From: Paraphysomonas bandaiensis
Taxonomy: Eukaryota; Protista; Chrysophyceae
Length of the DNA stretch: 64,000 nt
Direction: 5' to 3'
Assembly: GCA_965644295.1 (NCBI GenBank)
Contig: CBFFRP010000097.1
Location: 62,001-126,000 of the forward strand
Shown: piece by piece, positions 12,002-23,589 of the stretch
Layout of the letters: every line of letters starts with the position of its first letter
How positions within the stretch are numbered: the stretch's first letter is position 1
The notes under the pieces: generated by a model
What the model saw: the letters and a program-made list of their open reading frames with translations, nothing else
Told to the model about the DNA's origin: nothing
The model's database searches: none
Position numbers and translations under genes: made by a program

Positions 12002-13289
12002 TTACAGAACAAAGCTCCGACCCCTGGATCGGCCACCACAGTCATCGACTAGAGGCAGAGAGTCCTCATTTTCATCGCTCGCAATGCTTTCACTTGACAT
12101 CGCCCTCTCGGCACGTGCGGCCAGTTTAAACATCTCCGTGGCTCTGTTTCCTAACGCCTCTTCCTCAGTAATGATGGTTATTCTACTTTGTGTGGCTGTT
12201 AATGTGAAAGGAACGCCGAGAACCTTCGAAAGAGAGGACTCCACGATGCCATTAGTTCCTTCTGCCCTCAACTCCGGATATGTTGGTGTGTTACAAAGAA
12301 GTCGCACGTACGCCTTGGAAGTACCTTTGTCCTTTTCGCACTGAATCAGCCATTCATTGTTTACATAAACCATATATATATCTCTGTCTCCTCGCAAACT
12401 GTATATAGGCCAGTCGCAATGCACCTCGTCAACAGGCTCATAGCATCCGTTGATACGGGCATATCTAGCGCCGCTAAGTACAATAGGAACAGCACGCTGC
12501 TGTCGTTTGCGTACTACTTCTAAACGCTCCTCCTCACGCGCCTGTGTACGTTGTCAATATCAGATATTGAATTGAACTTAATGACTAAAACATATACCAT
12601 AGCTTCTATTTCTTCCTTTTCTTGTTCTAGTTCCTGCATAAATTACTTAAATAACTATCTCGATGGAAATCAAAAATACCATCTGTGCAAGAGTCTCACG
12701 CTCCTTTTCTTCTATAGATATCCGTTGCAACTCCTGGTCGTGCTTTTTAAGTTACATCGTACAAAATAGGTGGTATACTAACCGCTATAACCTTTTTACA
12801 AATCCTATCCCCGACGTCAGCAGCTTTCCGTCCATGCTGGAAAGCTATTATTACACAGCATATAACACTTGCAATTTCAGTAACCTTATCTCTAATATTG
12901 TAATCTGCACCGTGATTAGTAAGCAATATAACGAGCTCAATATTGTTGCGGTAGCAGGCACGATGAAGTGGTGTTGATCCGTTGTTATTAGTTGAATCCA
13001 CATCCGCCCCTAGCTCCACCAGCATCTTAGCCGTTTCATATTTATTTTGCCAGCAAGCTATCGCCAATAAACTATCTCCTGTCTATTCCATCAGAGATCA
13101 CATATCAAATCATTATAACTCCATATCATAACCATCACTCACCCAGTCTCTGACTTCATTCAGAGCTCTCTTATTTAGACGCAAAGCAGCCGATAATTCA
13201 TCTGTTTCACCGGATTGAGCTAATCGCAGGAGCGTTTCTTTTAGCTCGGGATCGACTTTTTCTGGTTCTTCATCAGTTTCCTCACTCAT
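12002..13289 (-). CDS. Ankyrin-repeat and coiled-coil protein, multi-exon
   Basis: LLRLAQSG, GDSLLAIACWQNKYETAKMLVELGADVDSTNNNGSTPLHRAC, E/R-rich exons and a C-terminal exon ending at 12002. Confidence 0.75.
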
Positions 13290-13377
13290 ATTGTGCTAGC
13301 GATTGAATATACCACTTCACAATATATCTGAAGAAATTTTCAACATGATACAAATATAGTACAACATACTGCTGTGT

Positions 13378-13870
13378 ACGTACCTACCTACCTACCTACC
13401 TACATACATACATACTGTACATACATACATACATACATACATACATACTGTACATACATACATACATACATACATACATACATACATACATACAAACATA
13501 CATACATACATACAAACATACATACATACATACATACATACATACATACATACATACATACATACATACATACATACATACATACATACATACATACATA
13601 CATACATACATACATACATACATACATACATACATACATACATACATACATACATACATACATACATACATACATACATACATACATACATACATACATA
13701 CATACATACATACAAACATACATACATACATACATACATACATACATACATACATACATACATACGTACATACATACATACATACATACATACATACATA
13801 CATACATACATACATACATACATACATACATACATACATACATACATACATACATACATACATACATACA
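13378..13870 (+). repeat. (TACA)n microsatellite, ~490 bp
   Basis: Seen directly, with few interruptions. Confidence 0.98.
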
Positions 13871-14925
13871 ACATCTGTGTGGTGAGCAACAGCAACCAGG
13901 AGTTGGTATGTCATTCAAATCATTCTGGAGGTATTTGACAACATTGCCCAATGAACTGTAACTTAAATAGAAAATAGCATTCATGTTTTTGGACCGAAGG
14001 TGTACGTAGTCATGAGTCTATACTAACACGGAGTGCTCGAAATCCTGTTTGGTGCAACGTGTTCTCGTTTTTATGGTCTATATTTTGCGAAATTGTGGCT
14101 GAAGATATTGAGTTATGGTGTCATAAGACAGGTAGGAAACGCCGTGATATGAGCAATGCACTGTGTCTGAACGATACAGTTCTGAACCAAAGCGTATATT
14201 CTATGATGATCACATTATTGATTATTGAGTGTAATGCTAAGCACATATGATCGATAACAATTTTAACTGCCTGAAGAATATACGATTTTACTTGACATGA
14301 TCACTATTCTAAAATAGTTTTACTATATCTAACTTTTTTCATATGCAGTGTAACAAGATTGATTGTCAGTTTTAATTCACGAAACTTACCTCTGTGCTGC
14401 TCGTAACAGTAGTTCTTCACATGATTGACCCGGCTTCGATTTTTACTTGTTCTTCTCTCTCTCAAGAAATCGCGGCACGGTTTGCCAAAGTAGAAAGCTC
14501 ATCGCGATACCAAAACCTGAGAACAACTGGGCTCAGTAGTTAACAGTTGACTGTGAGTTAATGGGCATGATACACTTAAACATTACTATCATTAATTGTA
14601 CCCCCTCATAAAGCAGTTCTATTATATAAAGAATAATACTCCTGCAACATGTCATCTCTCATCTCTTTACCTGATGTATATTGATATCAAATAATTCAGT
14701 AGTAAAACAGGTGCTCCTAATAAATCCAATCTTAAATTTGAAATTAACACCGAGATCATTGAAGTCTCTCCTGGGAAGCAGATCACCAGGTCGACTGGCA
14801 CCCTATGCATATGAACCCCTATATTATTCTTAAAGTTTACGTGAATAAACGTAGCACTGCATCGCTAGCAATTAGTCATTAGGTCAACTCATTTCTGTTA
14901 ACATTTCCACCGAAGCCTTATACCT

Positions 14926-15416
14926 TATATATTATTGAAAGTCTTATTATTAGCAATAGGCGTTAAAAACCTGCACCAACTTAGTAGCTAGACGAATGCT
15001 AGACAAACTAGTTAGTAGACATCTACCTGTAACTAATCAGTACACACTTTTTTATCCTACTGTGTAACGCTACGGAAGGTGCTTGTGCGTCCCCGCAAGC
15101 ACCAAGGTGCGACCACTTCCGCTCTGAGTTCTTAAGGTGAACATCCCCGATGCTTGGCTTCAACAGGCAGCCCAATACCCGGGTTACCCTTCAGATGGGC
15201 CCTGTCCGGGTGCCTGTTTATTCGTCAGGGCCCAAAGACGTCTACACAAGTGACACTTGTTGGTGTACCTTGTACCACACAAGCATTCGGCTATGAGTGG
15301 GAAGAACAATATCTGCTGACTATGTTTTCGGCTCACGTTAGTTTCCTAGAGAGAATCTCTCCAGTAATTATCCCCCAGAACACCACGAAAAGGTGCGAGT
15401 CCGACTTTGTTGAGGG
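14926..15416 (-). mobile_element. SINE/SIDE-like retroposon, copy B (full length)
   Basis: Homologous to copy A; 11-bp direct repeat gccttatacct (14915-14925 and 15417-15427); AT-rich tail. Confidence 0.85.
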
Positions 15417-16218
15417 GCCTTATACCTATTGAACACTTGGTGTTCAACTTCCATCTATCTTGTGGTAAAATTGGCGTCCTCTTCTCTCAGGGTGCCCTTC
15501 AACATTGGGGTAATATTGGATCCGCACACATTAACATAATGACATACGTTCTTTTAGTGCTGCCGATACTTTAATCCACAGATATCGCAGAGGAAAACTG
15601 GTAATTAATTGGAACTGAACCAATCAGAAGTGTGTTTACCTTGAGGTTTTGCGCAGCCCAGTCGACTCCACCCAACCTCCTTTGTGCGCTCGCTGTTGCG
15701 AGTTCTTGATACACTGGAAGCTACAGACTAATGCTAATATGGACACTCATATATGTATAGCAGCGTCCAATGGTCAGTTCCACCCCATTATTATTTCTCG
15801 TATCATTATCAACTAAAAACCATAAAATCCAGGATTTTCCCATAAATGTTGGTTTTCTTACACATTATACTTCAAATACGCTACAAAGGCAACAATCTGC
15901 ATCTATCATCATCAGCAGTATAGCAACGTGTAAGTGTTACTGGCAGCACACGACTATCATTTTCGCTTGCAGTGCCGTCAGTACTTAATAGTCAGTCAAG
16001 TTAGTCGTTCTCTGTCTCTAAAATATTATTACTTCAAGCAAGACGAAGTGTTTAATTTTGTCCTATCAATTGATTTCGAATATAAAGAAAGTGTACTTCT
16101 TCCCATATAAGAATACTGTAACTTAATCGTACTTTACTACGAGTGTTTTCCCAGCTCAACGGTACTCTTTCCCCCCCATTAAAGACACACTGGAGACGTA
16201 TCCATAATCATCTATATA

Positions 16219-17056
16219 ATGAATAGTTACATTAATGAATGTCAGAGTATTATTAATGGAATCAAAGCCCAAGGCATTAATTTCATTGGGATTGATTTTG
16301 ATGATACTCTGGTAAGTACTCATACAGGCGGGAGATGGGGCGGTACGCCTGAAGGTCTACAAGCATATATTCGACCTTTTTTTCAAACTTTTGTTCAGAT
16401 TGCAACTGAACAAGGTGACACGTCATATATACTTGAGTCAGTTGTATGAGTGATCCTTAAACAGATGTTAAAATCGCTATCGTGACATTCTCTTCTCAAG
16501 TGGAATTGATTCGTGAGGTTATGGGAAACGTCTTCGGTAAAATCGTTGATAAGGTGGCCTTGTTTGTTTAATATGCTAGACTGTTCCTGAATCGTGTTAT
16601 AATATAGATTCCTATCCGCGGCCGTGATAACTCGTGGTCATATGAGGGCAAGGGTTGTAAGGATGGTAAACAACCTCATATGGCTTCAGCTGCCGAATTT
16701 CTGAAAACGGTGAGCTCTAGTAATCTCACTTTAATCTTTTTATGTCTCCGAAATGTATATTTAGCGAAACTCTATTGATATTACTCGGAAAACATCTCTA
16801 CTAATTGACGATGACGTGAACAATGTGAGAATTGCTCTTGATAACGGGGTAAGTGTATCTGCAGCGGTGTTTTATTTTGTTGGTATAGTTGGATATTCAA
16901 CATTGTAATATTTGATGTAGGTACGGGCAGTACGCTTTGACCCGGACGATGAAGCCAGGTATCTACCTACAGTTGTATTTTCGCAATTTTTACCATTGAT
17001 TCAGATCTATTCGTGACCTGTTCCTTCTATTTAATACCCCCACTGTGTCGAACTAA
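16219..17056 (+). CDS. HAD-superfamily phosphatase, multi-exon
   Basis: Spliced motifs I IDFDDTL, II IAIVTFS, III GKQPHM and IV LLIDDDVNN. Confidence 0.8.
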
Positions 17057-17808
17057 GCTAACGACATAGTACACGCATATTCTGCAACGCCTAAGGCAGG
17101 TTGTGAAACCTGCCGGAAGTTTGAAGGGCGTGTTTGATGAAATGAAAAGAATCGATCTATTTTACCTGTTTTTTGTGTCCTATTCGTCGTTTACATTAAA
17201 ATTTAACGTAGAGCGGCGTATATATAAATCAGACCCGAAAAATAATATATAAATATCTCATTTTCTATGGATATATTAGTAGTACAAGTCTTACTGTATT
17301 AGTAACAAATTCATTGAGCTAGTTGCCGATCACTGCACTGTAAGCACTTCTAATACTGTAAACTGGTCAAGGATGAAAATATATATTAGTGGTTTGTCGA
17401 AATTCAGGTCCCTCCAACAGTATTGACACGGCTATCATATTTTCTGTTGTGCTTACTAGTTAAACAAATTACAAAAACTGTAATTAGCAGTATTATTATC
17501 GTATCTACTTAATACGAAAGCAGAAAGTAATACAACCAAACCGGGACTTCAAATCATTTTTTAACTTTTATTTTAAAAGGCTTTCTTAAATTGCGATTGC
17601 ATGCCGCATGTGGAGATATCTGATATCACTGAATATGTATCGAGTATCGAGTAAGTATTTTAGGTATAATGCTATGCACCATTTCATTTATCAAACATTT
17701 TGATGATCTACTGAAATATAGCTGAGTTGCACTGATACAGAGAATAATAATGACGAATACAGTGACAGAGATGTTACGTACATAAATTAATGACTTCAAC
17801 TGAGCAAC

Positions 17809-20800
17809 TATTAATTTACGCTTTTAGTTAGTGCAATATTGACTGATTGATATTATAGGAGATATAGTAAGTTTATGATGTTGTAGCCCTGTGAGTTAGG
17901 AACCACGTCATTCACCAACATCAACATTCTGTTCTACAAATCATATCTTTAACAGCTACTATATTTTCAGTTTCTTTGTATACTTGTAATAGCTACTCCT
18001 ATACTGTAGTCATGTATATTCTGTATTTCATTGCTACATAGAATACAGGATAACTACTAGCGATTGACTTTACCAAACTTCAAGTACGCACGTAGGAGTT
18101 GGTTGTAGTTCAATACTCCCACTCAATGAACATATCAGAATATACTGTGATGAGCAAGTCTACTTAGTGCGATACCATAGTGTGCACATGCTGATAGTGC
18201 AGCTTCTCGGACAAGGCTTTAGTCATCACGTCTGCTGTCATCTCTGCCGTTGGCACATGATTCAGCCTGACGATACAGCCTCCCACTTGCTCTCGAATCC
18301 AATGATACTTGATCCGAATATGCTTGGAACGTTTATGATTTACCGGGTTCTGAGCTAGATCAATCGCACTCTTGCTGTCCATATTCAAGATTGTTGGAGA
18401 CGCATTCTTACTGAGCTCAAATCCACGAATTCCGAGCTCTGTCATCACCCCTCGTATCCATACAATCTCCTGAATTGCAGCATATGCAGCCATATATTCA
18501 GCTTCCATAGTCGACGTAGCCACTGTTGGCTGCAGTCTGGACTGCCATGCAATTGGAGCACCCCACAGATATACGATATACCCTGTAGTGGATCTGCATG
18601 TATCCAGATCTCCGGCCCAATCTGCATCAGAGTACACACATAGAGGGTCTTCATCTGTGAAATTAGGAAATATGATACCTTGATCAACTGTATTTTCTAA
18701 ATACAATAAAGTATGCAGAGCAGCTTGACATGCAGCGTACGTGGGTCTTGTGGTGAACCGGGAGAGAAGATTTACTGTATATGCCATGTCTGGTCTAGTA
18801 TGCACTGCCAAATACATTAAGGCACCAATAACAGATTGATAGGGAAATGCATCAACGTATTCTCTCTGTTTTCGAGTTTCTTCCTCTTTTGCATCCTTGG
18901 ACAACTTTAGGCCAGGTGGTAGAGGTGTGGTTGCCTTGCACCGTCTCTTCTTTTCTGACAACAAGTGATTGAATCTGGCCACAACATCTTTAGCATATGC
19001 AGACTGATGTAACTTAATCTGGCCATTATGACGCTCAATGGTAAGACCTAAATAATGCTTAAGGTCCCCCATATCTTGCATGGCATATTGAGTCTTAAAG
19101 GCGCTGATGACTTCTTCAATATGACGGCTGTCAGAGCTGAGCACAATGATATCATCTACATACACAAGTATCATATGTAGGTTATCATCAGTACCCTTGA
19201 GTACAAATAAACATGGGTCAAGAACACATTGTTTATACCCCATCGCCTTTATACTGTCCTTCAGCATTGAATGCCAATTTCGAGGCGCTTGTTTTAGGCC
19301 ATACAAACTCTTCAGAATCTTCAAACAACAGCCTTGTGGAATATCTATTCCTGCAGGTGGAGACATAAACACGTCTTCGTCCAGATCTGCATACGGAAAT
19401 GCCGTTTCTACATCGAGTTGACGGAGTTGCAGATTGTATCGCAGAGCCAGTGCCAGTGCTAGCCTAAATGATACACCTTTAGCTACTGGGGAGAATGTCT
19501 CATTATAGTCGACTCCTTGTTCTTGAGTAAACCCTTTCGCCACAAGTCGAACTTTGAACTTCTTAATTTTTCCAAGATGGTCGCGCTTTACTTTAAAGAC
19601 CAATTTAGATTTTATGATTTTTCGGTGTTTCGGCCTTCGGACAATCTTCCAGCATGTCCTTCGTTCAAGCTTGTGCACCTCCTTCCTGGTAGCTTCAATC
19701 CAGTATGTTCTCTGTGGAGTCTTCTTTGCTTCTGCCAGCGTCTGTGGCTCTTTAATTGTGCTGTTGGAGGAATCAAGAAACAATGAGACATCGCCGAGGA
19801 CACCAACGTTAACAATGTGCCGTTTTTTTCGAGGTCGTTTTTCAGTTCTGGGATTTCGATCTGCCCCACCTGTTGAAGATGCGCCCCGATTTGAGCGGTC
19901 AGGAGTCCTCTGTTCATTGTCACTGTCATTACAAGTCTGATCCAACTCATTTCGCAAACTATTAAACTTGTCGGTCTGACACTTTGTAGAGTGAGTCATC
20001 TTTACTACATCTTTGATATGAATTGGAGTTTGCTCCTCGGTAGTATTTCCTTTCATATCTAATCTCCTATATGCAACAATGACTCCTCTTCTCTCTATCA
20101 CTCTGGTGGTAACATAACACAGGTGTCCATCAAGATGTCTGAGGCCCACCAGGTACTGATAGTCATTTACACTCTCTGCTGTTTCTGAGGTGTCGATTTG
20201 TAGATTATCTATTTCGTCGAAATACTCCTGTGAACGCTCTGGAATTGACTCATCAAACTGTGCATTGACTGCAACAATAATAGCATTCAGGTCTGGAATA
20301 TATATTTGGTGTCCAACAGGTTGTTGACATTGTCCCATATAGTATCCAGGTTTTCCCTTTTCTTTCCACTCTTTGCGGCGCTGCTCCTTCGGCACAATAG
20401 CCCATGCCTTGCAGCCCCAGATCTTCAAGTCACTCACATCTGGTGCGGTTCCAGTAATATACTCAAAAGGTGAGATGTATCCTTTCGTTGTCTTCGTAGG
20501 TAACCTGTTGATCAGATATACAGCATGCAAGACTGCTTTGAACCAAAATACTGATGGCATGCCACTATCGAGCAATATAGCAAGGGCCATCTCCTTCACT
20601 GTACGATTAGTGCGTTCCGATAGCGAATTCATTTCGGGTGTGTCACGTGGAGTCCAAGTAACCTGTACAGTCCTTGTGCTGGTGGTTTCACGTAAGTACT
20701 GCCTGACATGTTGCCCTACTAGTTCTCCTGCGCCATCTGCATGATATCGTCGTAGTTGCAATCCTTCTTTGACAAGTTGGGTCTCTACCATGTCCTTCAT

Positions 20801-22987
20801 ACACTTTAACACTTCACTCCCAGTCTTGTTTTTCAACCCATAAGCCCATACATGTTTTGCATCACTGTGCTTGAATAGTAACACATGTTTGTAGCCTTCC
20901 ATCGATGGCGTGTTTAGGACTTCCATCGTATCTGCACTGAGCACCCCTCTCTCCTTTGGGTTGTTGTCTAAGTTCATCAACTGGCGTGGAGTCCTGAAGT
21001 TCTTTCTCGTGAGTTTCGATCGCATGCAGGTATTACATTTGCATATCGTTTTTTTGTGTTTTTTTCTGAAATATTTCTTGTCCAGATTTATTCCATCAAC
21101 TAGGCCTCGGCGGTCGGACTCAGTCAGTTTATCATAGTTGACATGGCCAAGTCTTTTGTGCCATAGAATTCGCTGGTCATCAAACCCCTGCTCCTCAAGT
21201 GCTGCTGAGGATTCTTCTCCAAGCTGAAGTAAGTCTTCGAGTCGAACTGGATATAATCCATTAACACTTCTCTGTCTAATGAGTGTCTTGTTCGTAGTCT
21301 TATTTCGAATGACGACTTCATCATTATCGAACGTCACAACACAACCCCTATCTGTGATGCTCTTCATATCTACGAGGTTCTTACTTGCTTCAGGTGCGTA
21401 GTACACCTTTTTAAAGCTTCCTACATCGCCAACACTGTGTATTGACAGTTTACCTTTGTTCGCTGTGGACATCTGCCTATCAGCGCGCTGAAGGTTGGTC
21501 ATGTGGTTTTTGGAGGTAAGGATCATCTTGTTGCACCCGCTGTCTAAATAAATAACATCTGACATGCTCTGTGCTAGATTCACCTCTTCTTCCACACATA
21601 TCATCGATTCGTATCCCGCTTCATCTTCTGAATCATGTACAGACACTCGCGGTTTCTTCTTGTTCTTGTAGGGTGCCGTTTCCCTTCTAGAGTCTCGCCC
21701 CCGTTTAGAACTGACCACTGCAGCTTTAGCAGTCTTCAAGTGGAAGCAGTCTTTAGTCTGATGGCCTGGGATGTCACATATCTCACACACAGGTAGCTTT
21801 GTTTTGTTATCACCCCTGTTTCTGTGATCTCTATCTTTTCTCTGTGATCTTGTCCCCTTCATCCTCTTTATGACATGCTCTGGAGTCTTGCACTCCCTAG
21901 CAAAGTGGCCAAGTTTCTTGCACTTATTGCATCTGCCCTTTCTCTTGTGCTCTTTCCATTTACTGTCATCCACTGCTTGATTGACACTGTCTTCCCCTGA
22001 ATTTTGCAACGCATGCTTGCCGAATGATGTGTTTTCATACCCTTTGATTAGGCTGCTTGCTCTTGCGTATGTCACATCGTTTGCTGTATACAGGCTGTGT
22101 GCTAGTTGGGAATATCTCTTGTCTGTGAGACCTTCCTTTAGTCGAGTGAGCTTGTCGTCTTCCGTGACTTCACGACCTAGATTCTCGAGAATCTTGGCCT
22201 GGGCTTCAACGCTGTCGACGAACTCTGCTCCTGACTGACTTGAGGTAATCTTCATTGAATTGAACTTTGTGACCTCTGCCTGTACTGTATTCTTTTCAAC
22301 ATTGAGAAATCTCTCTTCCAGTGCCTGTAGTAACCCTTTTGCTGTACTTCCTTCGTAGAGAGCCGCTGTTGTGCCTGCTTTTGGGTGAGCATTGCACACT
22401 TCCATCAGGAAGGAGTACGCGGTCTCGTTCCGGGTGTTCCAGAGTTTCTTCGCTTTGCGTAGTCGCTTCTTCTGTGCATCAGTCATATGAGCTCCCGCTG
22501 GGACTGTAGAGTCTAGATCATGAATGTGCCTTGGTTTATCCTTTGAGAGGACAAGATGAGCTCGATTGTGTCTCATGAGGAATGAGGTGAAGAACTTCTT
22601 GAATTTCTTGAAGTTCAGTTCCTCGAAGGGAGGTACCTTTGAGCCTGAGGCGACATTCGTGAAATTTCCATCCGCTGCCATATTAATTTACGCTTTTAGT
22701 TAGTGCAATATTGACTGATTGATATTATAGGAGATATAGTAAGTTTATGATGTTGTAGCCCTGTGAGTTAGGAACCACGTCATTCACCAACATCAACATT
22801 CTGTTCTACAAATCATATCTTTAACAGCTACTATATTTTCAGTTTCTTTGTATACTTGTAATAGCTACTCCTATACTGTAGTCATGTATATTCTGTATTT
22901 CATTGCTACATAGAATACAGGATAACTACTAGCGATTGACTTTACCAAACTTCAAGTACGCACGTAGGAGTTGGTTGTAGTTCAATA
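17809..22987 (-). mobile_element. Full-length Ty1/Copia LTR retrotransposon (element 1)
   Basis: 307-bp LTRs at 17809-18115 and 22681-22987, identical by eye; TSD gcaac; PBS-like TGGCAGCGG; PPT ATTGAGTGGGAG. Confidence 0.97.
18164..22681 (-). CDS. Copia Gag-Pol polyprotein, intact, 1505 aa
   Basis: Two CCHC knuckles, protease YLDSGC, LWHKRLGH/CNTC, integrase core, RT LDVETAF/YVDD and RNase H YSDADWA/ADVMTK, in PR-IN-RT-RH order. Confidence 0.97.
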   Translation of the reverse strand: MAADGNFTNVASGSKVPPFEELNFKKFKKFFTSFLMRHNRAHLVLSKDKPRHIHDLDSTVPAGAHMTDAQKKRLRKAKKLWNTRNETAYSFLMEVCNAHPKAGTTAALYEGSTAKGLLQALEERFLNVEKNTVQAEVTKFNSMKITSSQSGAEFVDSVEAQAKILENLGREVTEDDKLTRLKEGLTDKRYSQLAHSLYTANDVTYARASSLIKGYENTSFGKHALQNSGEDSVNQAVDDSKWKEHKRKGRCNKCKKLGHFARECKTPEHVIKRMKGTRSQRKDRDHRNRGDNKTKLPVCEICDIPGHQTKDCFHLKTAKAAVVSSKRGRDSRRETAPYKNKKKPRVSVHDSEDEAGYESMICVEEEVNLAQSMSDVIYLDSGCNKMILTSKNHMTNLQRADRQMSTANKGKLSIHSVGDVGSFKKVYYAPEASKNLVDMKSITDRGCVVTFDNDEVVIRNKTTNKTLIRQRSVNGLYPVRLEDLLQLGEESSAALEEQGFDDQRILWHKRLGHVNYDKLTESDRRGLVDGINLDKKYFRKKHKKTICKCNTCMRSKLTRKNFRTPRQLMNLDNNPKERGVLSADTMEVLNTPSMEGYKHVLLFKHSDAKHVWAYGLKNKTGSEVLKCMKDMVETQLVKEGLQLRRYHADGAGELVGQHVRQYLRETTSTRTVQVTWTPRDTPEMNSLSERTNRTVKEMALAILLDSGMPSVFWFKAVLHAVYLINRLPTKTTKGYISPFEYITGTAPDVSDLKIWGCKAWAIVPKEQRRKEWKEKGKPGYYMGQCQQPVGHQIYIPDLNAIIVAVNAQFDESIPERSQEYFDEIDNLQIDTSETAESVNDYQYLVGLRHLDGHLCYVTTRVIERRGVIVAYRRLDMKGNTTEEQTPIHIKDVVKMTHSTKCQTDKFNSLRNELDQTCNDSDNEQRTPDRSNRGASSTGGADRNPRTEKRPRKKRHIVNVGVLGDVSLFLDSSNSTIKEPQTLAEAKKTPQRTYWIEATRKEVHKLERRTCWKIVRRPKHRKIIKSKLVFKVKRDHLGKIKKFKVRLVAKGFTQEQGVDYNETFSPVAKGVSFRLALALALRYNLQLRQLDVETAFPYADLDEDVFMSPPAGIDIPQGCCLKILKSLYGLKQAPRNWHSMLKDSIKAMGYKQCVLDPCLFVLKGTDDNLHMILVYVDDIIVLSSDSRHIEEVISAFKTQYAMQDMGDLKHYLGLTIERHNGQIKLHQSAYAKDVVARFNHLLSEKKRRCKATTPLPPGLKLSKDAKEEETRKQREYVDAFPYQSVIGALMYLAVHTRPDMAYTVNLLSRFTTRPTYAACQAALHTLLYLENTVDQGIIFPNFTDEDPLCVYSDADWAGDLDTCRSTTGYIVYLWGAPIAWQSRLQPTVATSTMEAEYMAAYAAIQEIVWIRGVMTELGIRGFELSKNASPTILNMDSKSAIDLAQNPVNHKRSKHIRIKYHWIREQVGGCIVRLNHVPTAEMTADVMTKALSEKLHYQHVHTMVSH

Positions 22988-23589
22988 GCAACACTAAGAT
23001 ACAGGTGTGCATGCTATTTACTCTCCACTACAAAAATTTCTGAATGATGATTCAGCATAGAATTGCTTTTATTAATTCAGTATTACGTAAGCCTTCTGAA
23101 ACACTTCATAGAATACTATTTCTGAGAGCTAATCGATACCTTTGGAAGGATTCATGTATACTTCATTTACTATCGAATTTACTATCGAATGTCATTGGAG
23201 ATAGTGTAAGCAGTCTTTAAGATGAGGATATATGTTGTGATGAATGTAAGGGTGACTTCTATTAAATACACAGAAGCTTAAGATTTATCAACCAAGTGGT
23301 TACATTTCTTTTCGTTAGATGAAGAAGTACTCATCAGTATCTCCAACTAGTTCACTACAGTTCCTCAACTGTATGTGTAATTGAGCACTTTGAAAAATAT
23401 TGACGGCAAATCAGGCTAGCAGTAATATTGCAACATTCTTGGTAATATCCATCTATGTGTCGTCTATAGATAGATATATACATATAGAAGTCTAGAGGCG
23501 GAAAAAACTGTAGGCAATTTTTTTGAGTGGTGATGTGCACATTCCAGACACCGTATTCCACACAGTTTCATAGGTTAAGGTCCCCTCCA

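Noticed and set aside
13374-13984. Overlapping IHTY / MYVC ORFs
   Set aside because: They are translations of the (TACA)n microsatellite.
15154-15432. Similar short ORFs in retroposon copies (also 61476-61895)
   Set aside because: Non-ATG starts, frames not conserved among copies, and antisense to the inferred element direction.
18167-22509. Antisense and nested short ORFs inside the Copia and host genes
   Set aside because: Expected shadow ORFs of long coding sequences.
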